Shown here one piece after another: positions 33,574 to 45,125 of a stretch of 56,938 nt of DNA; the stretch's first letter is position 1; the number at the start of each line of letters is the position of its first letter. The stretch comes from Coniocarpon cinnabarinum (taxonomy: Eukaryota). Both the position numbers and the translations under genes were made by a program. The stretch is from assembly GCA_051942205.1 (NCBI GenBank), contig JAVECO010000061.1:62001-118938 (forward strand), read 5' to 3'. The notes beneath the pieces are model-generated. The model made no database searches and was not told the DNA's origin. It worked only from the letters and a program-made list of their open reading frames with translations.

Positions 33574-35166
33574 TCAATTCTCCACCTCGATCTCTTCCAA
33601 AATCGATTCCAGTTCATCACGCCGGAAAGGCAGACTGAGCAATTCAGTACCCATGCTGTCTTTCTTGCTCACCAGCATCTCGTGATCATAGAACTCTTTT
33701 AGCAATTGCCTAAACTGCATCTCAGACGTTGCAATAAGCGATTGCACGGCCTTGCGATACAAAGTGCGGTATTCAACGTTAGCATTGCCAGCACCGGCCG
33801 ATGCAGCGTTAGACTGTTTTGCCCTGCCTTTAGACTTCCTTGGACTCTTCCCGAATTCGTCCACGTCCTCATTGTCAAGCCGTTCTTCCTCCAGATCCCC
33901 TCCGATATCGTCGTCAGCACTCAGGATCTCGGCAACAAGCAGACCGTATAGCCGCCGTGCGCTTTCAGTCAAGCTCCGCAGCACAAAGGCCACCCCTTCG
34001 CGGCCATGTACCTTTCTCCCGCTACGGCCAAGCAGGCCATTCACGATTTCGACCACACCAGCGCCCACAACGTTCTCTTGCTGCATATTTTCATCGCCTG
34101 CGCCGCCGACGCCACCAATCTCGGCGTCAAGTGGTGCAAAGGTTGTCGTATCGTGAAATACCCAATTGAAATGAGTACGGAGAGACGCATCCCACAAGAT
34201 CGGAAAAGTAGAAGTGTCGCACGTTGCTACCAATGAAATCGAAGAATGGCTCACAAGACGCGCGAGGAGGTCTTGGTTTGGTGGTCGACGGAACGATCGA
34301 GCATCAAGACTGTGTATGAGTATCAGATATTTCTGCTGCACGTTATGTTTCTGCGGAGCTGAGAGTCGGTCAAGAATGATTTCCAGTGCATCCGCTGGAT
34401 TCGCTGGCATCTTCGTGTCCGCCAGGCCTGGCACAATGCTCGAAAGCGTCTCCAGTAGGTCTCTGATCGTTGTTCCCGGCACGTTCCCGTTGACAACAAC
34501 AATCTTCCATCGCTCCTGACTCTCTGCGACATGCTCCGCAAAGTCGATCAGCACTCGCCTTTTACTCCCCCATCCATACAAACAGATGTTGAACCCTTCT
34601 TCGAGCTCAAAGAGCCACTGGTCAAAGCTATCGCTGTGCAAGTCGTGCAGAAACTCGATCTCACGTCGATGCGGGTCTTTATAGTTCTTCATGACCTCGA
34701 AGTATTCTTCATGACTGAGCAGCGAGACAGAAGAGAGTGTATTGTTCGAGGTTTTGGTACCGCCCGGTCGATTCTGAAAGAAGTAATGCTCATGCGGTGG
34801 CAGCGTACGTGGTGGTGTCGGCGTTCGCGACCGCTTACGTCGGCCTGTGGGACGTCCTTTGCGTACATCTTTGGTAGATGTTGGAGTATTGGTGGTGTCG
34901 TTCAACTCGTCGCTGGACACCTCTGATGCTACCGAGCTTCCATCGCTCTCGTCATTGGCCTCGATGCCATCCGTAGCAGCAGCTGGACGCTTTTGAGACA
35001 GTCTCGAACCTCGACTTTGGCGCTTGCGAGGGGTATTGTTCGAGTCCGGGAGGGTATCTGCGCCGTCACTTTTTCGTGAAACACGCGCAGACTTACGAGC
35101 TGGTCTGAGATCATTGTGCTCTTCTCCATCTAAGTCGGCTACGCTTGATTTGCGTTTGCGCGGCAT
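33574..35166 (-). CDS. ORC2: Origin recognition complex subunit 2
   Basis: QWLFELEEGFNICLYGWGSKR, LIHSLD, FNWVFHDTTTFAP and LKEFYDH; ATG start MPRKRK at 35166. Confidence 0.95.
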   Translation of the reverse strand: MPRKRKSSVADLDGEEHNDLRPARKSARVSRKSDGADTLPDSNNTPRKRQSRGSRLSQKRPAAATDGIEANDESDGSSVASEVSSDELNDTTNTPTSTKDVRKGRPTGRRKRSRTPTPPRTLPPHEHYFFQNRPGGTKTSNNTLSSVSLLSHEEYFEVMKNYKDPHRREIEFLHDLHSDSFDQWLFELEEGFNICLYGWGSKRRVLIDFAEHVAESQERWKIVVVNGNVPGTTIRDLLETLSSIVPGLADTKMPANPADALEIILDRLSAPQKHNVQQKYLILIHSLDARSFRRPPNQDLLARLVSHSSISLVATCDTSTFPILWDASLRTHFNWVFHDTTTFAPLDAEIGGVGGAGDENMQQENVVGAGVVEIVNGLLGRSGRKVHGREGVAFVLRSLTESARRLYGLLVAEILSADDDIGGDLEEERLDNEDVDEFGKSPRKSKGRAKQSNAASAGAGNANVEYRTLYRKAVQSLIATSEMQFRQLLKEFYDHEMLVSKKDSMGTELLSLPFRRDELESILEEIEVEN

Positions 35167-35231
35167 GTGCGCAATGACTGGGCGAGGATCTACAGACTTG
35201 ACCTTGATAGCTGGGGACGGTCTATGAGCAA

Positions 35232-35247
35232 ACGCGTCAAAACGCGT
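35232..35247. promoter_or_regulatory. Tandem MluI cell-cycle boxes (MCB, ACGCGT x2) upstream of ORC2
   Basis: ACGCGT at 35232-37 and 35242-47, 10-nt spacing, 66-81 nt before the ORC2 ATG. Confidence 0.7.
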
Positions 35248-35393
35248 CGATATCACCACCCTGCCAAATGAGCATCTCTGCAAAACAACGTGGCACCGTC
35301 TGACTAATCCCAACTACGCGCAGGCACTGCATTGCCTTGGAACAGCCAAATGTCTACCTCAGATTTGCTCACTCGCACTCAATATCTTCAACA

Positions 35394-36971
35394 ATGGTAA
35401 AATGATGTTTCGGGATGATTGAATGGTCGCTCACTTGTCTACTTGGACTTGAGAACTCCGAGGACTCGCAACTCCTCTGCTTAGTTGTTTAACGGAACAT
35501 TTCTAAAACACGTGCACGAGGAGCCCTCTACCTGGCAATCATGACTCCCAGACCAAACTCCCAGAGCTTCAAAAACATCGCAAAAGGCGTCCGTCAATAC
35601 TCCGCACCGGCTGAGGGCGCCATCCCCGTCTCGAAACAGCGCTTCATCCCCACTGACGCTCACATTCCAAAGGGCTACCTCTTCGGGACCGCATACGCCG
35701 GCGTCAAGCCCTCAAACAAATCAAATCACGATGTAGCCGTCGTACACTCGAACGCCGCTTGTTCCGCAGCATCAGTCTTTACGCAAAACCGCTTTCAAGC
35801 GGCACCAGTGACTGTAACCCGAGATATCCTTGACCGCCGAAAAGGCCGAGGGATTAAAGGAATTGTCATTAATTCGGGCTGTGCCAACGCCGTTACGGGT
35901 CATGGCGGGCTTGAAGACGCAAAGTCGATGTCTTCGGAGCTGGACCACGCCTTGCGGCAGCAAGAGGGCGCTTCGACTTCCCCTTCTTCGAGTGAGCTAA
36001 GCAGCCTCGTCATGAGCACAGGCGTCATCGGCCAACGCCTCCCCATGCCCAAAATCACCCCCGCCATTGCTGCAGCGACCGCTGCCACCGGCTCAACGTA
36101 TGACGCCTTCCACCGCGTCGCCAAAGCCATCTGCACAACCGACACCTTTCCCAAACTCGCCTCTCGCACATTTACGCTGCCGTCCTTTCCCGGATCGACT
36201 TTTGCCATTTGCGGCACTACCAAAGGCGCGGGAATGATCCATCCCAACATGGCGACGTTGCTTGGACTATTATGCACAGACGCACCCGTTGCACCTAATG
36301 TTTTGTCCTCCGTGCTGAAATCAGCCGTCGACAAAAGCTTCAACTGTATCTCTATCGATGGAGATACCTCCACAAATGACACAGTCTCACTCCTAGCCAA
36401 CGGCGCAGGCGCACGTGCTTCTCCTCTTTACAAATCAGCGCCGCCGGAGATCACGGACGCAGATTCTGGCGATGCACAAGCATTGTCCGAAGCCGTCACG
36501 GATGTGGCAGGCCAGCTTGCTCGACTCGTCGTGCGCGACGGGGAAGGCGCCACCAAATTCGTGACGATTCGCGTAGCGGGTGCACCAGACCACTACAGCG
36601 GTCGACAAATCGCAAGTAGCGTTGCGCGGAGTCCGCTCGTGAAGACGGCGCTCTATGGGAAGGACGCAAATTGGGGGCGGATACTCTGCGCTGTCGGATA
36701 TACGGACGGGCTCGCTGAAGGCGTCATCGACCCCAGCAAGGTCAGTGTCAGTTTTGTGCGGGAGGCGAACGGCGAGGAGTTGCGGTTGTTGTTAAATGGA
36801 GAGCCAGTTGCTGGTGGTGTGGATGAGGAGAAGGCGGGCCGAATGCTGCAGGATGAGGAGTTGCAGATTCTGATACGGTTAGGTGAGGGGAACGGTGGGG
36901 AGGAGGTTAGGTTTTGGACTTGTGATCTGAGTCATGAGTATGTGACGATTAATGGCGATTATAGAACATAG
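35394..36971 (+). CDS. ARG7: Ornithine acetyltransferase ArgJ/Arg7, mitochondrial; start either ATG 35394 plus an intron or ATG 35541
   Basis: [46 protein letters not shown] (autocleavage Thr), DGEGATK and INGDYRT. Confidence 0.95.
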
Positions 36972-37807
36972 ACACTCCACGGGTGTAGAAAACGTGTATG
37001 ATTCATGACCTGCTTGTCGCAGAAATATAGATTGTGATATCTTTAGAGAGATCTATCTCAACATAGCGTTCCACATTTGACTGGGGACCCTGGAGACGGG
37101 CAGAGCCGAACATGAAACACTGTTGATGCTCGTGCTCTGTGGCAAATACATTTCGTTTGAAATTGCGCAATCGCGAAGTACCCGCCGAAGCGACCGCAAC
37201 GGCAAATGTGCTAGCGTCTTGGTGATAGCCAAGCTTGTGAGGTGTGTCGTATCCAATCACATCGGACATGCAGGATTCGCTGATGTGCTGGCTGTGTCGA
37301 AGGCAGGGGCTGAGCACAAAGCATGCTCTTTACGAGAAAACCTTGCAGTGTCGCATTGGCATTTGCAAAGCAGCAGACATCTGCAGCGGTTTCCTGCAAT
37401 TCCTACATTTAGTCAGCATCGAGTCTCACGTCGAAGCTCATTCGTAAGCAATAAATTCGGGATGGAAATTTCAGATAGGAGCGAAATGATGATAGGTCTC
37501 TGCATCGGGATTTTGAGTCCCTACGGTTGAACTATGCGTAATTGTTTGATGATCATCAGACGAACAAATGAAAGCTGATTAAAATGGATTGTAGAACTTA
37601 CTCCACGTTCTGAAACATTAATTTGGGTTTCCAAAGCGACGTGCGCTCGGTGAAACATCCAAGCGTCCGCTTGGTAGCGTTCATGGCTCCACGAAAGTCA
37701 GGGATGTCAAAGAGCACTGGTAGATGTTGGTCGCCGGGCGTTTGGCGCGGATCAATTGATTTAATGTTAAGGTTGCGATGTTTGGCATCGTTAGGTCATT
37801 GCTGGCT

Positions 37808-38835
37808 CTAGAAACGAAGCTTCGGAAGCACGAGTCCAATTAGAATTGCAACGACCCATAGAACCGCAACACGAGCGTAGAGATTCAGTCGACCCCACCA
37901 GCCAGCGCCCTCAGTCATGCGGCGTAGGGCACTCATGCGCTTGCCCGCAGCTGCCATGCCAGTGACGTTCTTGTCTAAAGCCTGGGCGGCGGCATCTACA
38001 AGCGGGTCGCCGGCATTCATACTCTCTTGGAAGTCTAAGCTGCTCTGCTTCAAGGCTGATACAAGCTTGACCATGTTATCGGTGATGCTCACCTGCTCGC
38101 TATCGTGGGACTCAAGAAGCTGTGCAGTACTTGCTTGATCATTAGCACGTGGCTTCGCCGTGGAGGGGGGGCCGAGAGGCGTGGTGCTGGAAGAAGTCGC
38201 AGATGGTCGCGCGGCGGATGAGCCGGATGCGGTGGCAGAGTCTGGTGAGAATGTATTGTTGTCACCCTTGCGCGAACGCAGTGTCGAAGCAAAGGTTGCG
38301 GCGGCAGCAGCTGACCGTGCGTCCTTTGGCCGTATCGCGGGACCAGAAGACGTTTTGGTATCTATGCCACTGGAAACATCACTCTTTGCAGGCGCGAAGA
38401 GATGAGCCAAATCTTCGTCCTCAGACCATTCTTCACTCGCGTCACTCTCAAACCCTTCTTGGTCCTCATGCGCCAGGTCGTCAAGGCGTCTTTGAAGGCG
38501 CATGATCAGGTTTCTTTGCTCCAGCAAATCCGACTTCCAGTCATTCTGTCTGGTGGAAGCAGAGCCTGCTCTGGTTTGAGGACTTTCATGTTCGAGTCGA
38601 AATAACAGAGCTCGAGCATGCTCGACATTCTGCACAAGTCAGTTTTTTTGGCAAATCTTTGAAGCATTGGTGGGATCTGACAAACAGCGTTCACTTTATT
38701 GCGCTCGTAGATCGAACGACGCAACGAGCGAATCTCTGGATCTGAAGGGGCCTTGAGTAAGAGCTTTAGCTCCAGCCGGCCGAGGAGACGAGACAAATCT
38801 CGGGCTGTCTCATCAACGGTACTCGACTCGTCCAT
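37808..38835 (-). CDS. USE1: ER Qc-SNARE Use1-like protein, 2 exons
   Basis: DLSRLLGRLE..YERNKVNA|NVEHARALL with intron 38630-38685; SNARE helix EQVSITDNMVKLVSALKQSS and C-terminal TM ending LPKLRF. Confidence 0.82.
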
Positions 38836-41749
38836 TGAGCCGGGAGTCCGGTGAGGTTGATGCAGCTGCAGCATCAGCATCAACAAGAGAGAAGCTCCTG
38901 AAGTGACCATGCTGAGTTTGTGCACAATTAGTTTTCGCCTCATTTCTAAGGACGACATGATTTCAGTTCACCTATCTACGTCCTTGGACTTGGGCAAGTC
39001 GAAACCCAGTCAGCCGAGTGTAATTGATCGAGCTCGGCATCCGAAGAGTATCTCTGACGAGTCTGCAATGCTGCTTTGCCAGATTGCAAGTTTCAAGGGT
39101 TCGATCCAGATTATAGCGACTCAAGGATGTCAAATTCCCTGATCTTCACAAACGAGTTTGAGAACTAACCACAGGCGTTTGTCCTCTTCTGAACGTAGTC
39201 TCAACCTAACGAAAGCGTTGGCGAGACCGTTCCACACCTCGGCTTCTTTTATCGTGATTGGATTAATGTCGGCGGCTGGTGAGCACGATGAGAGTGTTGA
39301 GAACTTGTACTCGTTATACATTCTTGGACATGACCCCTGCGAATCTTCCAGCCAGACTGGCGCAGTCCAGCTCTCTGTACTGCCTGCCACTGCCGGGCAT
39401 GCGGGATCCTCCGACTTGCTTGCCCAATCATTAACTGAAGACCGTCCATTGCATTGTTGCGCTCCCACTGGATGTCCATGACTTCTCGACTTCTACGCCG
39501 CGTTATTGACTTCGGAGCACTGGTTCTGGCACGCAATGTATATGCTTCCTGCGACTTGTTTGCACTGCCTGAATTGCTGTGAGACGCGGCGAAAGGCGAT
39601 GAAACGGATGAGACGCTGCACCTACTCCTTTACATTGCCTTAGTAAGAGAAAGGATAGGCGCGATAGGTATATGGGCCTGCTTGGAACGCTCTGTTCAAA
39701 CGTGACATCTCATACCGAAAGCTGTGAAAGTGCCATATTGTAGTTACACCGCTAATTCAGTGCACCCATTCACAGGGCAAATTGCGGTGAGCTGACTTGA
39801 TCAGTTTACGCAATGCGACGAAACTCTCATTCGCAACATCATTCGTGGTTGCTCCGCATGGAGATCTCGAGACCCCAAGTCTGTCTCATAATCGGTCTTA
39901 GTTGAAAGGCTCGAATCACGGGTCGAAGCGGCGCAGCGTGAGTTAGATGTTCCCAATGCTAACCTTGCTTACCGGGTGACACAACCTATCTTGTTTCACC
40001 ATCGCGAAGCAATTGAAATGCAACAGATTCATCCTGACACAGCAGCATGACTGGTGATTGCCAGAGTGGTTTGCTCGTACGACATCGCTTGCTCCAGAGA
40101 CAGAGAATACGCTAGATCGAGACTTACCTAAAGTACAATCTGTCGCAATGCAGTGACGTAGGAGATTGAAACGAGCACACGAATCTGATTGAGACAAGAA
40201 CGGAAAAAGCCTTAGTCAAAGGGACGGCCAATTACCAGGTGCAGCGAGGCAGAATTTGACAAAGCTGAGCGCCCTGAAAGGCACCAGACGCGAACTTTTC
40301 GGTGCTAGAATTCTACAGTTTGGATCTCCCAGTGTGGCCAATGGTTCGGTTGCGTTGAACTTTGGTCTGGTAGCGCGCGCTACCGCACCCAAACAGATAA
40401 TAACCAAATCATTGACCAGAGTGGGTCTTCATTTACGACGGCACCTTGAGCCCCTTCGATTGAACAAAGCATATGGCCGACAGCGACGACTCGCTGATTA
40501 TAGCCCATTTGTCTAACTTCAGAATGTGCAAAGGAGGACAATTGAGGATCACGTGCGTGCAACAAACAGTTCTACATTTGCAGAGAGCATGTGCAACGTT
40601 TGTCACATCGTCCAGAAAATCTGCATACATCACGTTCGCTCTGGCCATCGAATGCTTTGAACAACTACGAGCTGTTTACTAATTCAACATCGTCATTGCG
40701 AAAAAGTGGTTCCATTCTATGCCGCGGAGACATCCATGCTCTACTGCTTCCTTGAACAGCACTCGGCATATGCAAAAGCCGGCCTTTGCGTGGCAAACGC
40801 CATACGCTGATTGTCTCCTTGATGGGCTCTGACCAAGCAACGATTCACGCGTCAGAGTGATGGCAGAACCCAGAACACCGACGTGACGGTCATGATCGGA
40901 GACGCTCCGGACAGCCTTCGGGTAGTCCCTGGAAGGGGTGTGCACTGAGGCTTAGTCAACCTGCACAAAACAATCTTGTGCCCATGTGCATTCTTGCCCT
41001 GGTTCAGCAGCATGGCAGTCGCGCATTCATCATGCATGTCGCTGATTGATGTGCAAAGATTTTCAGGAGTTCGCAACGGTCAGAAACTTGAGCACCATGG
41101 TCGAGCTGGGGCGGAAGTACCAACATGCCCGTCTGCACCCAACGAGCGCCGCGGAGGACGCTGAAGCAAGCTCAGGATGAGAGAGCGAGGCGCCAGTCCT
41201 GACCGAAGGACGAGTATGCATAACTGAGACTTGGACCAATAGCAGGCATGACAGTGAGGGAGGAGGTGCCAACACAGCAGCGCCGAACAACGAGTGATTG
41301 ATGCCCAACGGGTACGTAGCGCGGCGATACCGGGTAATTACTGGAAAGGGACACTGGGCGAGCTCGGGGCGGACCGAGTGGAAGAAACGTGGGTCAGAGA
41401 TCGCGGCTCTGCGGGTGCCCTGTTGATACTTGCTTTCCTTCAATCCAACTCCCCGAGCACACCCCGCGCCGACACAGGCCGTGCGAACATGAAGGAGGGC
41501 GAGCGGCCAACGAGAGGGGCCGGAGAGCGATGGGACGTTGCCGGCGTGGGTGCGAGTGACGAGAATGGGCTGTGGTCGCTGCATGTCGACGTAAGCGACA
41601 TGCTGGAGCCCCGGGCGTGACTGCCAATCGTGAGTTGCAGGTGCTGGCTGGCGCCGGCGCTAGCCAGCCCGAGTCCGTGCGCTGCCAAGCTGGTGCGTCT
41701 CGCCGTGCAGCAGCCCCGCGCGTCCCATGACTGAGCCTTCCCTCACCGC

Positions 41750-41825
41750 CCACGCACGCTCCTCCGCCCTTTTATCCCCCCCTCTCCTTCCGTCTCGTCT
41801 TCTTTTCCTTTCCTTTCTGCCCTCC
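41750..41825 (+). promoter_or_regulatory. Pyrimidine-rich (CT-box) region, putative distal transcription start of the C2H2 gene
   Basis: CT-rich tract CCTCCGCCCTTTTATCCCCCCCTCTCCTTCCGTCTCGTCTTCTTTTCCTTTCCTTTCTGCCCTCC, typical of filamentous-fungal transcription start regions. Confidence 0.45.
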
Positions 41826-42100
41826 ACTGACGAACACACACGCACGCATCAAAGCCGTAGACAAATACTCTGCGCTCAGTGTCTGTCGTGGCACTTCTGT
41901 AAAGCAAGCCTCATCCACGAGCCAAGGCAGCCGCCTTTTGGACACCCAGCTTCATTCACGAGCGCCCGCTCAGGACAGTACTATGCTCAGTGTGACCCAT
42001 TCTATGGATGCTTGAGCCTTCCCCCATCGGACCACGACCCCCAAGGATACTTTTCTGCCGAGTTTTGTCTGTTTGAAAGCCGCCTGGCTGGTCAGGAATA

Positions 42101-45100
42101 ATGATCTTCAACAACGCTCACGAGGATACAAGCGTTTACAGGTATTACCCTTTCTGCACTTTTGTCTGTCGTTCCTCCACCCGCGTTTTCCTTTTCATCC
42201 CTCCCCAAGCAGCGCTTGCATAGCATCCATCCTCCTGTGGAATCTGGTCCACTGAGGCGTCCTCCTGTGGCGTTTCTGTTCATCTTGAGCCATCCGGCTG
42301 GATCTGGACCTAGGTACTGGCCCCATCTGTAGCTTGTTTCTGGACCACCCTGCTGTTCCCCAGGAAGAAATCTCGACGTCCAGCAGCCAACCTTAGCTGG
42401 TGGCGCAATCATTGTGCTCAGGCTCTGCTCGACCGGCTCTTGTCCTCTCGTTGAGGGAGAGCAGGGATCCGGTTCTGTGGGAATGCTTGATACTACTGGT
42501 TTCTCCGACTGGGCGCTTAAGTCAACTGTAGCTTTGCACAGCGTCTGGCCCATTCATTATGGATTCCCCGGGTCTCTAAGCTGCATGCAATTCAATCACC
42601 CGGGACGCCAGCACATTTGGCATCCGCCTTTAGTACTGGCGCTGCCTGCTTCCCCTGGACCTGTAAAACTGTATCCGGCGACCCGTTTCTCCTGGGCTGG
42701 CCTGGTGTGTGGTGTTTCTTCGCTACCCGCATGATGCTCAATGCGTGAGGGCGTCTGGTCTCTCAGGTCAGCTGTGCGCTGTGTTGCATGTGCTTTCACG
42801 GTATCTCAAGCGGAGTCTGGCCATGCAGCGCTCCTGTGTGCGATCGTCTGCTGCCGACCAGACATTTGCGAGACGCCTGGATCGCTTTGTACTCTGTGCA
42901 TAGATCTGGCAGAGCTCTTCATTACGGTCGGCATCCTGGCGCCATCCATCAAACGCGACACAAACCCGGAGGTAGTCGACACAGCCCATGCCGCAGGGTG
43001 CCGAGTCTGGTGGCCTTGTCACTTTCGCGCCACTTTTCAAAAGCTCCTGGGTGTCAGCTATACCGCTGTGGACGAGATTTTGGCAGTGTGCCAGGGTTGC
43101 CTTGTACGACATCTTAAGCAAACTTGAAATGACGATGATGCTGACTTCAACCAGGTAGTCTCGTGATGCTAACAAACACTCCCTTCATACACAAACTTGC
43201 AACATTTGTCGCTAGTATATAACTTACATAGCAGGAACTGACTTATTGTGTAGTCCACTCGCTTCCACATTTTCTTGTGTTGATGCTCAGTCTTTCCATT
43301 CTCCAACGGACGATATAAATACCTGGTGCCAAAATTTACCATCGCTGGACGGAAGTGCACAGGTCCCTGTGCAAGCTGGTTTTCTTTCTCCTGGTTTGTC
43401 TGCGGTTGGCAGTTCTGAATCCCAGGATACTTCTTCTCAGATTAGCGACCCAATGGAGACGATGAACGGCAGTCTTTCTCTGCCGGATGACTGTTTTTCA
43501 GCATCTGCGGATCATCATAATGCCTATGTTGCGGACCAGTACCTCAATCTTGGAGACGACATTCAGACCCAGGCCGGGTCGCTTCCTTCCATGGACTTCA
43601 CCGGATCATCTGTAGGCCCTGATTCACTCAGCAACGTTGACGAGACCTCCCCTGTGCTTGCCGGTGTGGCAATGCATCCCCAGCGATCCACGAATGAAGT
43701 GGAGACCCCAGGATTCACGTATGGACCAGTGACGGTGAATAACGGCATGTACATGGTGGGGCCTGCGGCTCCATTGGCGACCCAACACGCACCGGACTGT
43801 CCCAGTCATCGACCCATGGCTCAGCACATGCATCATCCCCCAATGTTTCCGATGAATGATCAAGCCCAAGGACATCAAACCGCGACCCATGCGTGGAATG
43901 TAAATGGAGTTAGCCCTGTTCAAGGTCAAAATCCTCAGTCATATTCATCACTGTCCCCAGGAGGCCACGCAGGCTATCAGCAACTAACCTCACAGGCGCT
44001 TATTACTGGAGTCGAGCCATCTGAAGGACGCCAATCGACCTCTTCCCAGGGGCGGATACCAACCTCTAGGTCACTGCCCATGCAGCAAGTTCAGAAAATT
44101 CCAAATCAAGGCCCGTACGTAACAATCAGCTCTAATCATGCTGCTGGTACTCCAGCGTAGGTTCTACGCAACGACACTGTTTTACTACCCCTTTACTTAC
44201 ACTACCCAGAAAGCCTACCTTACAGACCAGCGGTGTTCCCCAGTTGAATGGTAATGCAATGAGAGATCCTCAAGGCATTTCTCCCGTCTCCACCCCCGGC
44301 AGTGGGATCACACAAGATCCTGACGGTGGTCCTGGACGAAGATCACATCTCTACATGGCATTGCCCAGAAGAGAGGACAACTTATTCCACTGTGCATACG
44401 AAGGCCAGCCGGAGTGTACGCATGAGCCAACCAAGCTCAAGTGCAATTATGAGTGAGTCTAGCAAGCACAAAAGCATTCGCCTTCGCACTAACGGAAGAA
44501 CTATAGTAAATACATCGACTCGCACCTCAAACCCTACCGCTGCAAGCAAGAAGGCTGTGAAGAGCTTCGCTTTTCGTCCACCGCTTGCCGACTGCGTCAC
44601 GAACGTGAAGCACACGGCTCGCATGGTCATGGCGTCAATCCCTACCTCTGCCTTTACGAAGGCTGCGAGCGGTCTAAGCAAGACAAGGGTTTCCCAAGAG
44701 CGTGGAATCGCAATGACCACATGAAAAGATGCCACGGCCATATACCCTCTGAGAACGAGGAATCAGAATCCTCCCCCACCACGACCGTCAAACCCGAGAT
44801 CAGCATAACCACCCATGAAATTTCCAAAGAGTCTTCCAAAGAGTCTCGGAAGCGCACGGGCAAACAGAGCGACGCAAGCCCCACTGTTAAACGCCAACGG
44901 ACACAGATCAAGCGGCCGAAACAGCCGGCGTCGAATGATGCCCAAGAGTCGGCGATTGAGGGCCTCGATCGCCAGCAGCGGCTTCATGATGATTGGCGTC
45001 GTCGACGTCTGCAGTTGCAGGAGTCTGTGCACAATCTGCAGGGTCCGAATGACGCCGCGGCGCTGCAGCGCATTCAGACGGAGCTGAACGCGATGTTTAA

Positions 45101-45125
45101 TATTCACAAGGAGCTTACTGGCTGA
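42101..45125 (+). CDS. C2H2 zinc-finger transcription factor (tentatively ZfpA-like); two possible first exons
   Basis: Exons (42101-42141 or 43129-43154), 43254-44156, 44210-44452 and 44507-45125. Motifs HEPTKLKCNYDKYIDSHLKPYRC, FSSTACRLRHEREAH and PYLCLYEGCERS..GFPRAWNRNDHMKRCH. Confidence 0.88.

Noticed and set aside
35400..35465. Intronic box C/D snoRNA (ATGATG.. box C-like, CCGA box D-like) in the putative ARG7 intron
   Set aside because: Both boxes are imperfect and I could not identify a convincing rRNA antisense element; an Rfam/snoscan search would be needed.
39130..41700. Numerous 60-170 aa ORFs upstream of the C2H2 gene
   Set aside because: They overlap on both strands and have no motifs or splice support; this fits a long regulatory region.
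43155..43253. Possible stwintron in the proximal first intron of the C2H2 gene (internal GCTAAC at 43168 and CTAG|TATATA at 43215)
   Set aside because: The branch motif is only 13 nt from the donor. A [D1,2] arrangement breaks the reading frame and leaves a residual intron of only about 39 nt, and other nestings need very weak donors.
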